Of a stretch of DNA of 64,000 nt, positions 17,742-26,022 are shown one piece after another (the stretch's first letter is position 1; every line of letters starts with the position of its first letter). This DNA is from Thermoplasmata archaeon (GTDB taxonomy: Archaea > Thermoplasmatota > E2 > JACPAO01 > JAHFTW01), in contig JAXDQS010000001.1 in the NCBI GenBank assembly GCA_034667725.1, positions 96,001 through 160,000 of the forward strand, given 5' to 3'. The notes under the pieces are model-generated. The model worked only from the letters and a program-made list of their open reading frames with translations. It searched no databases and was not told where the DNA came from. Position numbers and translations under genes: made by a program.

Positions 17742-17774
17742 CAGGACGCGGGAGGCCGGCCCCGCTCAAAGAGG

Positions 17775-18245
17775 CTACCCGACCAAGGCGTCCAGGCAGG
17801 ACTCGCTGCGCGGCGACCCCTCGAGGAACTGCTCGCGGATGACCTGGAGGCTGCGGCGCTGCCCCGGCCACGGGAACCGGCGCGCCGCCTCGTCGTGGCC
17901 CACCCACTCGAAGTCGGTGTGCTCGTCCGACAGCAGCACCTCGGCCTCCGGATGGACCTCGGCGGCGAACACCGGCGTCAGCATGATCTGGTCGGTGGCG
18001 GCCAGGTAGAACCGGTTGACGTAGCTCGCCTGGTAGAAGTGGAGCGGATGCAGGCCCGTCTCCTCCTTGAGCTCCCGCAACGCCGCCGCGTACGCCTTCT
18101 CGCCCGGCTCGATGCAGCCCGACACCATCTGCCAGGTCCCGCCCAGCCGGATGTTCGGCGCCCGCTTGAGCATCAGCCACTCCTCCCGCCCCGCCCGCCG
18201 CCGGAAGATGTGGCAGTCGACGAAGTGGGAGACGATGTCGGGCAA
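17775..18245 (-). CDS. NUDIX hydrolase (NudB/dihydroneopterin triphosphate diphosphatase-like)
   Basis: WQMVSGCIEPGEKAYAAALRELKEETG Nudix box; LSDEHTDFEW. Confidence 0.85.
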   Translation of the reverse strand: MPDIVSHFVDCHIFRRRAGREEWLMLKRAPNIRLGGTWQMVSGCIEPGEKAYAAALRELKEETGLHPLHFYQASYVNRFYLAATDQIMLTPVFAAEVHPEAEVLLSDEHTDFEWVGHDEAARRFPWPGQRRSLQVIREQFLEGSPRSESCLDALVG

Positions 18246-18273
18246 CGCGAGCCGATGCCGCTCCTGGGCTTGG

Positions 18274-19317
18274 CTATTTCGCCCGCAGCATCTTCCCCAA
18301 CCTGGCCACCGCCTCCTCGCAATCCGCCCGCGTCACGTCGCGGTGGGTCACGAAGCGCACTGTCGGCCCTGCGTCGCGGAAGTTGCCGAGGACGCCGAGC
18401 TTCTTGGCGGCGGCCATGAACGCGGCGGAGCCCATGCCGGTGGCGGACACGTCGGCCATGACCATGTTGGTCTCGACGGCGTCCAGGTCCACCTTCAGCC
18501 CGGGCAGCCCAGCCAATCCCTCGGCAAGCAGGCGGGCGTTGGCGTGGTCCTCCTGGAGCCGTTCGATGCCGGTGTCGAGGGCGACGAGGCCGGCGGCGGC
18601 GAGGTGGCCGGCCTGGCGCATGCCGCCGCCGAGCACTTTGCGCACGAAGCGGGCCTCGTCGATGAACGCCTTGTTGCCGCACACTAGGCTGCCGACGGGG
18701 GCGCTGAGCCCCTTGCTGAGGCAGAACATGACGGAGTCGGCGCCTTTGCAGAGCGCCGCGGCAGTGGTGTTGCTTGCGGCGGCGGCGTTGAACACGCGGG
18801 CGCCGTCGACGTGCAGCTTGGCACCATGGGCGTGGGCTGCGTCCGCGATGGCCTTGGTCTGCTTGGAGGTCCAAGTGCGGCCGCCGGAGTAGTTGTGGGT
18901 GTTCTCGACGGCGACCAGGCGGACTTGGGAGAAGTGGGGGTCGCGGGGCAGGAAGAAGCGCTCGATGTCCTCGGGCGCGAACGTGCCGCGCTCGCCGCGC
19001 ACGGTCTTGACGGCGACGTTGGAGAGCAGGCTGGCGGCGCCGCCTTCGTAGAGGCTGATGTGGCTGTTCTCCTCGCACACGATGGCGCCTTGGCGTTGGG
19101 AGTGGACCCAGACGGCGACCTGGTTGCCCATCGTGCCGGTGGGGACGAACAGGGCGGCCTCCATGCCGACGAGCTTGGCGGCCTTGGCCTCCAGCTTCTT
19201 GACGGTGGGGTCTTCGCCGTAGACGTCGTCGCCGACCTCGGCGGCCGCCATCGCCTTGCGCATGGCGTCGGTGGGCTGGGTGATGGTGTCGCTGCGGAAG
19301 TCCAGGGGTCGCGCCAT
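18274..19317 (-). CDS. ltaE: Low-specificity L-threonine aldolase
   Basis: DFRSDT, GDDVYGEDPT, PTGTMGN, ENTHN, HVDGAR, CLSKGLSAPVGS, GGGMRQAG. Confidence 0.93.
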   Translation of the reverse strand: MARPLDFRSDTITQPTDAMRKAMAAAEVGDDVYGEDPTVKKLEAKAAKLVGMEAALFVPTGTMGNQVAVWVHSQRQGAIVCEENSHISLYEGGAASLLSNVAVKTVRGERGTFAPEDIERFFLPRDPHFSQVRLVAVENTHNYSGGRTWTSKQTKAIADAAHAHGAKLHVDGARVFNAAAASNTTAAALCKGADSVMFCLSKGLSAPVGSLVCGNKAFIDEARFVRKVLGGGMRQAGHLAAAGLVALDTGIERLQEDHANARLLAEGLAGLPGLKVDLDAVETNMVMADVSATGMGSAAFMAAAKKLGVLGNFRDAGPTVRFVTHRDVTRADCEEAVARLGKMLRAK

Positions 19318-19321
19318 GGGT

Positions 19322-19600
19322 TCACTCCTGGTCCGGTTGGTCGGGGCGGTTCCAGTCGGGCTCGCGCGGCTTGCGCGGGTCGGGGCCGTCGAGCTCCGGG
19401 TCGTAGGCCCACGGGTCGCCTCGGGCCTTGCGCAGCCGTGCGCTCCAGAACAGCGCCAGCGGCGCGCCGGCCAGGACCATGGCGACGCCGCCGAAGGCCA
19501 GGCTGGTGTTCCAGGAGCCCAGGAAGATCATGCCCAGCCCGCCGGCGACGGCCCCGAGGGCGGCGTCGCGGCGGCGCTGGAGGCGTGCGGTCTCGTCCAC
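19322..19600 (-). CDS. Small membrane protein (2 TM)
   Basis: Two hydrophobic segments and an acidic Pro-rich tail; 4 nt from the ltaE start. Confidence 0.6.
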   Translation of the reverse strand: MDETARLQRRRDAALGAVAGGLGMIFLGSWNTSLAFGGVAMVLAGAPLALFWSARLRKARGDPWAYDPELDGPDPRKPREPDWNRPDQPDQE

Positions 19601-19644
19601 GCCGTGGGGACGCCGCCGCGCCTTTTTCGCCTTTCAGACGTCGC

Positions 19645-19782
19645 TCAGACTTCGGACAGCACCGGCTCGGGGTCGGCGTGGTGGTTGCCGTCCGCGAGGC
19701 GGCCGACCCAACGGTCGAGGTCCTCGTCGACGTGCAGGCGCATCCAGTCTTCCTTGTTGTGGGCGTGCAGGTTGGGCTGCAT
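19645..19782 (-). CDS. Putative 45-aa acidic, His-containing microprotein
   Basis: MQPNLHAHNKEDWMRLHVDEDLDRWVGRLADGNHHADPEPVLSEV; strong GC3 bias; TTAAG element upstream. Confidence 0.45.
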   Translation of the reverse strand: MQPNLHAHNKEDWMRLHVDEDLDRWVGRLADGNHHADPEPVLSEV

Positions 19783-19835
19783 CGGCCCAGGGTTGCGCTG
19801 GGCGCCTTGACCCCCCTTTCGGCCAAAGCTTAACA

Positions 19836-20146
19836 TCAGGGCGGAAGCGGCTGGGAGGGGTCGAGGCCCTCCAGGATGACGAGGCGGCTGCGGGCGGAGC
19901 GCATCCGGATGGGCAGCACGGCCTGGTAGGCGGGGGAGCCGTACCATGCTTGGCGGCGGCGACGGACGGGAACTCCAGGAGGACGGTGCGGTGCAGGCCC
20001 CAGTCGCCCTCCAGGGTCTCGGCGCGGCCGCCGCGCACGACGTAGCGGCCGCCGGCGGCCATCACGGTGGGGGCGGCGCGGGCGCGGTACTCCTTGTACT
20101 CGTCCGGGTCGGTCACGTCCACGTCGACGAGCACGTAGGCGGGCAC
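19836..20146 (-). pseudogene. DUF1330 family protein split by a 1-bp frameshift near 19950 (pseudogene or sequencing error)
   Basis: N-half PAYVLVDVDVTDPDEY...GGRYVVRGG...LLEFPSVAAAK and C-half AWYGSPAYQ...RSRLVILEG lie in different frames; AAGCATGG where AAGGCATGG would restore the frame. Confidence 0.8.
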
Positions 20147-20244
20147 GCGAGGCGACTGGCGGGGAGGAAAAAAGCCCAGGGGGCCGCGGGCGGAAGACGC
20201 AGCGGGAGAAAGCCCGCCCGCGGCCGATCATTGGGAGGTTGGGG

Positions 20245-20322
20245 TCAGAGGTCCCAGACGAGGGCGGCGGGGCTGTCCAGGTCGGGGGTGATGACGTCGA
20301 TGCCAGAGGGGCCTGCGTCCAT
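20245..20322 (-). CDS. Possible 25-aa micropeptide MDAGPSGIDVITPDLDSPAALVWDL
   Basis: Nearly all codons end in C/G; fills an intergenic gap. Very short. Confidence 0.3.
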   Translation of the reverse strand: MDAGPSGIDVITPDLDSPAALVWDL

Positions 20323-20393
20323 GCCTCTAGGTCAGCCTTGGCGGCATGAACCCCTTCTGGAACAGAGGTCGAACGGTTGCCGCGACCGAAACC

Positions 20394-20750
20394 TTAGCGC
20401 GGCCGGCCCAGCCACAGCAGCGCCAGCGTCCCGGCGCTGCCGCCGACCCCGACCGGTCCTGCGACGTGGACGAGGATGGAGGTCCAGACCAACGTGAAGC
20501 CCGCCAGCGCCAGGGCGAGCCGGTGGTGCGTGGCGCGCGTGCCGTCCTGCCGGAGGCGCCAGCCGCACCAGGCCAGCGCCGCGCCGACCGTGAGCATCAC
20601 CCACCCGAGCGCCAACATGACGGCCCAGCGGTGGTCGAGCCCGCCGCGCTCCCGGAACGCGGTGGCGGTGGCAGCACCCGTGTGCAGCACGGCCACGACG
20701 ACGCCGGCCGCGCCCCAGACGAGCGCGGCGTAGGCGGCGGCGCGCCTCAT
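20394..20750 (-). CDS. Small membrane protein
   Basis: 3-4 hydrophobic segments; ATGA overlap with the upstream gene. Confidence 0.6.
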   Translation of the reverse strand: MRRAAAYAALVWGAAGVVVAVLHTGAATATAFRERGGLDHRWAVMLALGWVMLTVGAALAWCGWRLRQDGTRATHHRLALALAGFTLVWTSILVHVAGPVGVGGSAGTLALLWLGRPR

Positions 20751-22780
20751 GCGAAGCGGCGGCGGATGGACACGACCGCGACCGTGAGGACCGCGGCGAC
20801 CACGACGACGCCGACGCCGCCCAGGATCCAGCCGTAGGTCCAGTCGGTCGCCTTGTGCTCGACCTTGAGGTCGCCGGCGGGCCCGGCCGAAGGCGCCAGC
20901 GCGTAGCTGCTGGTGTGGCTGACCTTGACCCAGGCGATGCCGCGGCCCAGGTCGCGGCCGGCCTCCAGCACGCGCAGCTCGCCCTCGGGCGTCGTGGCGG
21001 GCACGATGCCGTCCTCGTCGGCCGCGAGGTCCACCCAGGCCTCGCCGTCCCAGAAGTGGATGCCCATGGTGGCCGCGGCGTCGGCGGGCAGGCCCTCCAG
21101 GCCCATCTCGATGGTGACGGCCTCCGGCACGGCGCTGGTGGCGTCGGGCTCGACGTGCAGGTACTTGGTGGCGTCCTCGAGCGGCAGGACCGGCACGGGC
21201 AACGCGGACGGGTCGAGGGCGACGGTGGCCTCGGCGACGATGGTGGCCGCGGCCTCGACGTGGTAGCGCAGCACGACCTTCTCGGGCAGGCTGACCCGGA
21301 GCGGCCGCAGCGGGGTGGCGCGGCCGTCGATCGGGGTCGGCAAGGGCAACGCTTCGACCGCGCACGGCAGGTCGAGGGTGACGGGATGGGTGCGGGCGTG
21401 GGTGTGGTTCCAGTCGGCGTCGGCCACGGCCTCCTCCGCCAAGCCGCAGGGGCCGGGAACGGCCGCGACGGGCGCGATGGAGCAGGCGGGCGGCGTGGAG
21501 GCCCCCGTGGTCGTCGTCATGGTCCGGGTCGTCGTCCACCCGCTCGTGGTCGGCGTGGAGGCCATGGTGGGGGACGGCCCCGGCGCGTCGCACGTCGTGG
21601 GCATGCGCGCGTCCAGGTCCCAGATGTAGATGGGCAGCCGCTCGTCGGAGGTCGCGCCGGCCGCCACCAGCGTGCCGCTGCCGCGCGCGACCTGGAACGA
21701 CAGCAAGCCGTTGGCAGGGTCCAGGATCGAGAGGTCCCACTTGCGGAACCCCTCCGGCGGCGACTCCACGTGCAGCCAGCCGGGAGCGACGGCCACGGCC
21801 AAGCTGGACCCGTCGGCGTCGGCGGCGACCGACGTGATGGCGCCGGCCTCGGCGCGCGCCACGGTGCCCTCCAGCGTCCAGGCGCCCTTGCCGTCCAGGA
21901 CGTAGTGGTAGGTCATGGGCGACTCGTCCTCGCCGCTGCCGCCCACGACGAGATGGCGGCTGGAGGCGTCCAACGGCCAGGCGAACGACCGGGCGCCGGG
22001 GGGCGGCAGGAAGTGCTGCAGCGGCTCGCCGGCGCGCGGGTCGAAGGCCTGGATGCCGGTCGCCACGCTCACGTGCGCGAACAGCGTGTCCTCGTTCGCG
22101 GCCAGCGCGGTGCCGAAGGCGGGCGCGTCGGCCGGGGCCATGAAGCTGCGGGCCCAGGCCCAGCCGGCCGGGCCCTCCTCGAAGACGTGGACGGCGCCTT
22201 CCATCGCCTCGGGCTCCGCGACCGCGGCCCAGCCGTCGCCCAGCGCCACGGCCCAGCCGTAGCTGGACGAGTGGCTGGGCACCGCCAGGCTGGCCACGTG
22301 GTCGAGGGTGCCGGCGCGCAGGTCGTAGAGGTCGGCGCGGCCGGGGGTGCCGGGGCCCGAGAACCCCACCAGGAGCCGGCCATCGCGCAGGTCCACGGCG
22401 GCCATGTCGCCCACGTAGGTCGCGTTGTGGGGGATGTCCACGGCGTCCGCCAGCCGCCAGGCGGAGGTGCGGACGTAGAGCTCCACCCGCAGCGGCGCCG
22501 AGCTGTTGGTGGCGTAGGCCACGACGACGATGGCGCCGTCGGCGGCCACTTGGGCCACGCGGCCGCCTGCCTTGGACAGCGCAGGGCTCAGGAAAGCGGC
22601 AGCCGGCTCCGGCGGGGCGTAGGGGTCGGCCGTGAAAGGCGGCGCCCGCGTGGTGGTAGTGGGGGTGGGAGTGGCCGTGGAGGTGTGCGAGGGCGAGCTG
22701 CTGGTGGTCGCCAGCACCGAGCCGGCGAAGGCAAGCAGGAGGGCGGCGGCGAGGACCGCGACCGGGCGGAGGGCAACCAT
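20747..22780 (-). CDS. Secreted beta-propeller (FG-GAP-like) surface protein with Thr-rich linker, PGF-pre-PGF-like domain and C-terminal TM anchor
   Basis: Signal peptide; YGWAVALGDG, FGTALAANED and GAVHVFE blade motifs; HFWDGEAWVDL...VSHTSSYAL; TM plus RRR. Confidence 0.7.
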   Translation of the reverse strand: MVALRPVAVLAAALLLAFAGSVLATTSSSPSHTSTATPTPTTTTRAPPFTADPYAPPEPAAAFLSPALSKAGGRVAQVAADGAIVVVAYATNSSAPLRVELYVRTSAWRLADAVDIPHNATYVGDMAAVDLRDGRLLVGFSGPGTPGRADLYDLRAGTLDHVASLAVPSHSSSYGWAVALGDGWAAVAEPEAMEGAVHVFEEGPAGWAWARSFMAPADAPAFGTALAANEDTLFAHVSVATGIQAFDPRAGEPLQHFLPPPGARSFAWPLDASSRHLVVGGSGEDESPMTYHYVLDGKGAWTLEGTVARAEAGAITSVAADADGSSLAVAVAPGWLHVESPPEGFRKWDLSILDPANGLLSFQVARGSGTLVAAGATSDERLPIYIWDLDARMPTTCDAPGPSPTMASTPTTSGWTTTRTMTTTTGASTPPACSIAPVAAVPGPCGLAEEAVADADWNHTHARTHPVTLDLPCAVEALPLPTPIDGRATPLRPLRVSLPEKVVLRYHVEAAATIVAEATVALDPSALPVPVLPLEDATKYLHVEPDATSAVPEAVTIEMGLEGLPADAAATMGIHFWDGEAWVDLAADEDGIVPATTPEGELRVLEAGRDLGRGIAWVKVSHTSSYALAPSAGPAGDLKVEHKATDWTYGWILGGVGVVVVAAVLTVAVVSIRRRFA

Positions 22781-22869
22781 GCGCCGGGCACCACGCCCCC
22801 GGCTACATCACGCTTTGCAGGCTGTCGGGTGGCCACCGAACCTTAATCCACGCCGGCGATGGCTTGGCC

Positions 22870-23406
22870 GTGGCGCGCGAGCTTGCGACCTTGGCCGGCG
22901 GCTGCTTCTGGTGCATCGAGGCGGCGTTCCACCAGATGGAGGGCGTCGAGTCGGCCATCTCGGGCTACATGGGCGGCCACGTCGCCAAGCCAACCTACGA
23001 GCAGGTGTGCGGCGGGGACACAGGCCACGCCGAGGTGGTGCAGGTCGCCTTCGACAACGAGGCGCTCGACTACCGCACCGTGCTGGAGGCGTTCTTCTCG
23101 CTGCACGACCCCACGACCCTGAACCGGCAGGGCGCCGACGTGGGCACGCAGTACCGCAGCGCCGTGTTCACGCACAGCCCCGAGCAGGAGCGGACGGCGC
23201 GCGCCCTCGTGGCCGAGCTGGAGAAGGAGAAGGTGTGGGACGACCCCATCGTGACCGAGGTCGTGCCGGCCGCCACGTTCTGGCCCGCCGAGGCGTACCA
23301 CCAGCGCTACTACGAGCGCAACCCCCATGCCGGCTACTGCATGGCCGTCGTGCGCCCCAAGCTGGCCAAGTTCCAGAAGGCCTGGAAGGCCCGGCTCAAA
23401 GCCTGA
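22870..23406 (+). CDS. msrA: Peptide-methionine (S)-S-oxide reductase MsrA
   Basis: GGCFWC, SGYMGG, TGHAEVV, RQGADVGTQYRS, AEAYHQRYY, GYC. Confidence 0.97.
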   Translation: MARELATLAGGCFWCIEAAFHQMEGVESAISGYMGGHVAKPTYEQVCGGDTGHAEVVQVAFDNEALDYRTVLEAFFSLHDPTTLNRQGADVGTQYRSAVFTHSPEQERTARALVAELEKEKVWDDPIVTEVVPAATFWPAEAYHQRYYERNPHAGYCMAVVRPKLAKFQKAWKARLKA

Positions 23407-23480
23407 CGCGGCCCGGCCGGGACCCCCCGGGGAACAAAGCGACACCCTCACCCTATAAGCCGGGGCGGGAATGGACGCGC

Positions 23481-24026
23481 ATGCGCCGATCCGCCTTCTG
23501 GGCGTCGCTGGTTGCGCTTGCCCTCACCGCAACCAACGCCGCGGCCGCCCCGCCGCAGGAGCCGCCGAACCACGTCGCCGCCTACCCGCACGACAAGGGC
23601 GTCCTGGTCGACTGGTCCGGCTCCACCGTCCCCGTCATGCCTTGGACGACGATGTACGAGGTCATGCGGCACGACATCTTCCCCTTGGCCAGCACCGGCT
23701 TCCGCGCCGTCGGCAGGGTCACGCCCACGGTCACGAACTTCGTCGACACCACCGTCCCCGACCAGAGCGTGGTGGAGTACTGCGTGCGCGCCGTGACCGT
23801 CGACGGCCCCCAGGCGTGCAGCGAGTCCGCCTACTACGTGGACCCCGCCGACTGCGTCCTGCTCTACGGCGCCTACACGCTCGACCTCGACACGCACTGC
23901 CTCTACACCACGGACCCGCCCCTGCCCATCTTCTACCCGACGTGCGCGCCGGTGGCCGCCCAGGTCACCTCGCAAGGCACGTTCAACGTCCAGCCGCGGA
24001 TGACCTGCATCCAGTTCTGGCCATGA
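23481..24026 (+). CDS. Secreted fibronectin-type-III-like protein with Cys-containing C-terminal region
   Basis: Signal peptide; PPNHVAA..VLVDW..YEVMR..FVDTTV..EYCVRAV Fn3 pattern; TATAAG ~22 nt upstream. Confidence 0.65.
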   Translation: MRRSAFWASLVALALTATNAAAAPPQEPPNHVAAYPHDKGVLVDWSGSTVPVMPWTTMYEVMRHDIFPLASTGFRAVGRVTPTVTNFVDTTVPDQSVVEYCVRAVTVDGPQACSESAYYVDPADCVLLYGAYTLDLDTHCLYTTDPPLPIFYPTCAPVAAQVTSQGTFNVQPRMTCIQFWP

Positions 24027-25435
24027 GCCCGTGCCCGCGGGCCGTGCCGTTCGCGCTGGCCGCCGCGTTCCTCGCCCTCCCCGTGCTGGTGCCGCCCGCC
24101 AACGCCTTGGGCGGCGAGGCGCAGCGCGCCATGGTCACCGACGCCGACCTGCGGGGCCCGCTCGTGGCCGCCGACCTGCCGCCTGAGCACGCCGACGCCA
24201 AGCTGACGCTGCGGCTTGAGGCGGCGGCCGCCACCTTCCTGGTGCAAGAGTATCGCTGGACGGCCGGCGCCACCAGCGTCCAGTCGCTCGCCACCCATCC
24301 CGACGACCGCGTCGGCCACGTCGAAGGCGTCGTGGCCACGGGCGCGAGCCGCGACGACGTCGCCTTCACCCTGCTGCCCCTCGCCGAGGGCGCCGCCACC
24401 CTCCAGGTCGTGGCGCCCTGCCTCGGCCTGGCGGCCGCCACCAGCGGCACCGCCACGTTCGTGGACCGCACCGGCGGCGGCCCCAGCCCGCCGCCCGCGC
24501 GCCCCGCGCCATTGGCCGGCAGCCTGGCCGCAGGGGCGTGCCAAGGCACCGCCACCGTGCGCGCCACCGGCTCGTTCCAGTTCTCGCTGTGGAGCCTCGA
24601 CGTCGAAGCCAGCGGCGCCGGCGACGCCGGCACCTACCCCTCCGGCCGGGAGCAGGACGCCCGGGCCCCCGGCGCCCCCTGCGTGGCCGGCTGCGACCTC
24701 GTCAAGCGCCAATCCTACGTCACCGTCGAGAACGGCACCCTGGAGATCACGGGCGTCCCGCTCGCCTCCGCGTTGCTGCACGCCACCGCGCTGCGCGGCC
24801 CCGCCACCAAGCTCGTCCTCGACGAGGGCGAGCCCATCGTGCACGCCGGCGGCCTCACGCTCGACCTGCGCGCCGACAGCGGCCGCGTCCGCGCCGTGGC
24901 CGCCCCCGTCCAGCCGCCCGCCAACCCCGACGCCGTCGTCGCCCAAGGCCCGCTCGCCTGGGGCTGGGGCTACGGCCTGCTTGCCGCCCTCGCCCTCCCG
25001 GCCGTCGCCGTCGGCCTCATCGCCGTCCGCGGCCGCCGCGCCGCGCGCCGGCTCGACGACGCCGAGGCGCTGCTGGAGCAAGGCCTGCCCCACGAGGCCG
25101 CGCGGCTGGCCCGCCCACTATTGCGGCGCGCCCGCCAGCGCGACGAGGCCGCCTTCGTCCTCGTGCAGGCGCTGTGCGACGCCGGCGTGCCCGCCGAGGC
25201 GCGCGCGACCGTCGCGCAAGTGTGGCCGGCCGACCGCCCGGTCGCCGCCTACCTGCGCGCCTACATCGAGGCCGCGCAAGGCCGGCAGGACGCCGCCGTC
25301 CGCGAGCTGGCCGACTGCCTCGCCGCCGCGCCCGACTTCCTGCCGGAGGTCCAGGCCCAGCCCTTGTTCCGCCGCGCCCTGCGATCGCCCGCCCTGGCCC
25401 GCTGGCTGGGGCCGCACAGCCCGGGGTACTCGTGA
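24023..25435 (+). CDS. Single-pass membrane protein: extracellular beta-rich domain, TM helix, cytoplasmic TPR-like region
   Basis: Signal peptide; TM WGWGYGLLAALALPAVAVGLIAV followed by RGRR; TPR-like AEALLEQG..EAA, LVQALCDAG..AEA and YIEAAQGR..AA; ATGA overlap. Confidence 0.65.
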   Translation: MSPCPRAVPFALAAAFLALPVLVPPANALGGEAQRAMVTDADLRGPLVAADLPPEHADAKLTLRLEAAAATFLVQEYRWTAGATSVQSLATHPDDRVGHVEGVVATGASRDDVAFTLLPLAEGAATLQVVAPCLGLAAATSGTATFVDRTGGGPSPPPARPAPLAGSLAAGACQGTATVRATGSFQFSLWSLDVEASGAGDAGTYPSGREQDARAPGAPCVAGCDLVKRQSYVTVENGTLEITGVPLASALLHATALRGPATKLVLDEGEPIVHAGGLTLDLRADSGRVRAVAAPVQPPANPDAVVAQGPLAWGWGYGLLAALALPAVAVGLIAVRGRRAARRLDDAEALLEQGLPHEAARLARPLLRRARQRDEAAFVLVQALCDAGVPAEARATVAQVWPADRPVAAYLRAYIEAAQGRQDAAVRELADCLAAAPDFLPEVQAQPLFRRALRSPALARWLGPHSPGYS

Positions 25436-25911
25436 TGGAGCCGGACGCCCGCGCCCGCATCGTCGTCCTGGTCGCCGCCACCCCTGGCCTTTCGCTGCAG
25501 GACCTGGCGCTCGCGATGGGCCTCAGCCGCACCGCCGTCGCCCGCCACACCCGCCGCCTCGCCAAGGACGGCCGCATCCGCCGCATCCGCTCCGGCCGCC
25601 GCGTGCTGCACGTCCCCAACGGCCACGAGGGCAACCCGACCATCCTCGCCGCGATGCGCCAACGCACCGCCCGCATCGTGCTGGAGTCGTTCCGCGCCGA
25701 CCCCCGCCTGCCCGTGCGCGAGCTGGCGCGGCGGCTCGACGTCACGCCGAAGGCCGTCCGCTGGCACGTCAAGCGCTTCCGCGCCGACGGCCTGCTGGAG
25801 GGCGCCGGCATGGAGCGCGACGGCCGCCGCGGCCGCCCCGACGCCGGGCTCGGCGAAGGACTGGAGGCGATGCCGGTGTGGGACCCGGCGGAGCATCCGG
25901 AGCACGGCTGA
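25435..25911 (+). CDS. Transcriptional regulator with two tandem winged-HTH domains
   Basis: PGLSLQDLALAMGLSRTAVARHTRRLAKDGRI and P.LPVRELARRLDVTPKAVRWHVKRFRADGLL; TGATG overlap. Confidence 0.8.
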   Translation: MEPDARARIVVLVAATPGLSLQDLALAMGLSRTAVARHTRRLAKDGRIRRIRSGRRVLHVPNGHEGNPTILAAMRQRTARIVLESFRADPRLPVRELARRLDVTPKAVRWHVKRFRADGLLEGAGMERDGRRGRPDAGLGEGLEAMPVWDPAEHPEHG

Positions 25912-25924
25912 CGCCGGCCGCCGG

Positions 25925-25969
25925 CTACAGGCTCGCCCGCACCTTCGCCTTGGCGGCTTCCAGGCACTC
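25925..25969 (-). pseudogene. Displaced duplicate of the alaS 3' end (ECLEAAKAKVRASL*)
   Basis: Aligns 7/14 with the current AlaS C-terminus AFLEQAKRNVAQSL(S*) and ends in its own TAG. Confidence 0.55.
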
Positions 25970-26022
25970 GCGCGAGGGCGCTCCGCCCCGCGACCCCCTG
26001 AAGGCTCGCGCTGCGGCGCTCG
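25970..26022. repeat. GC-rich REP-like palindromic insert between the alaS stop and the displaced 3' end
   Basis: Minus strand reads CGAGCGCCGCAGCGCGAGCCTTCAGGGGGTCGCGGGGCGGAGCGCCCTCGCGC with short hairpins. Confidence 0.4.
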
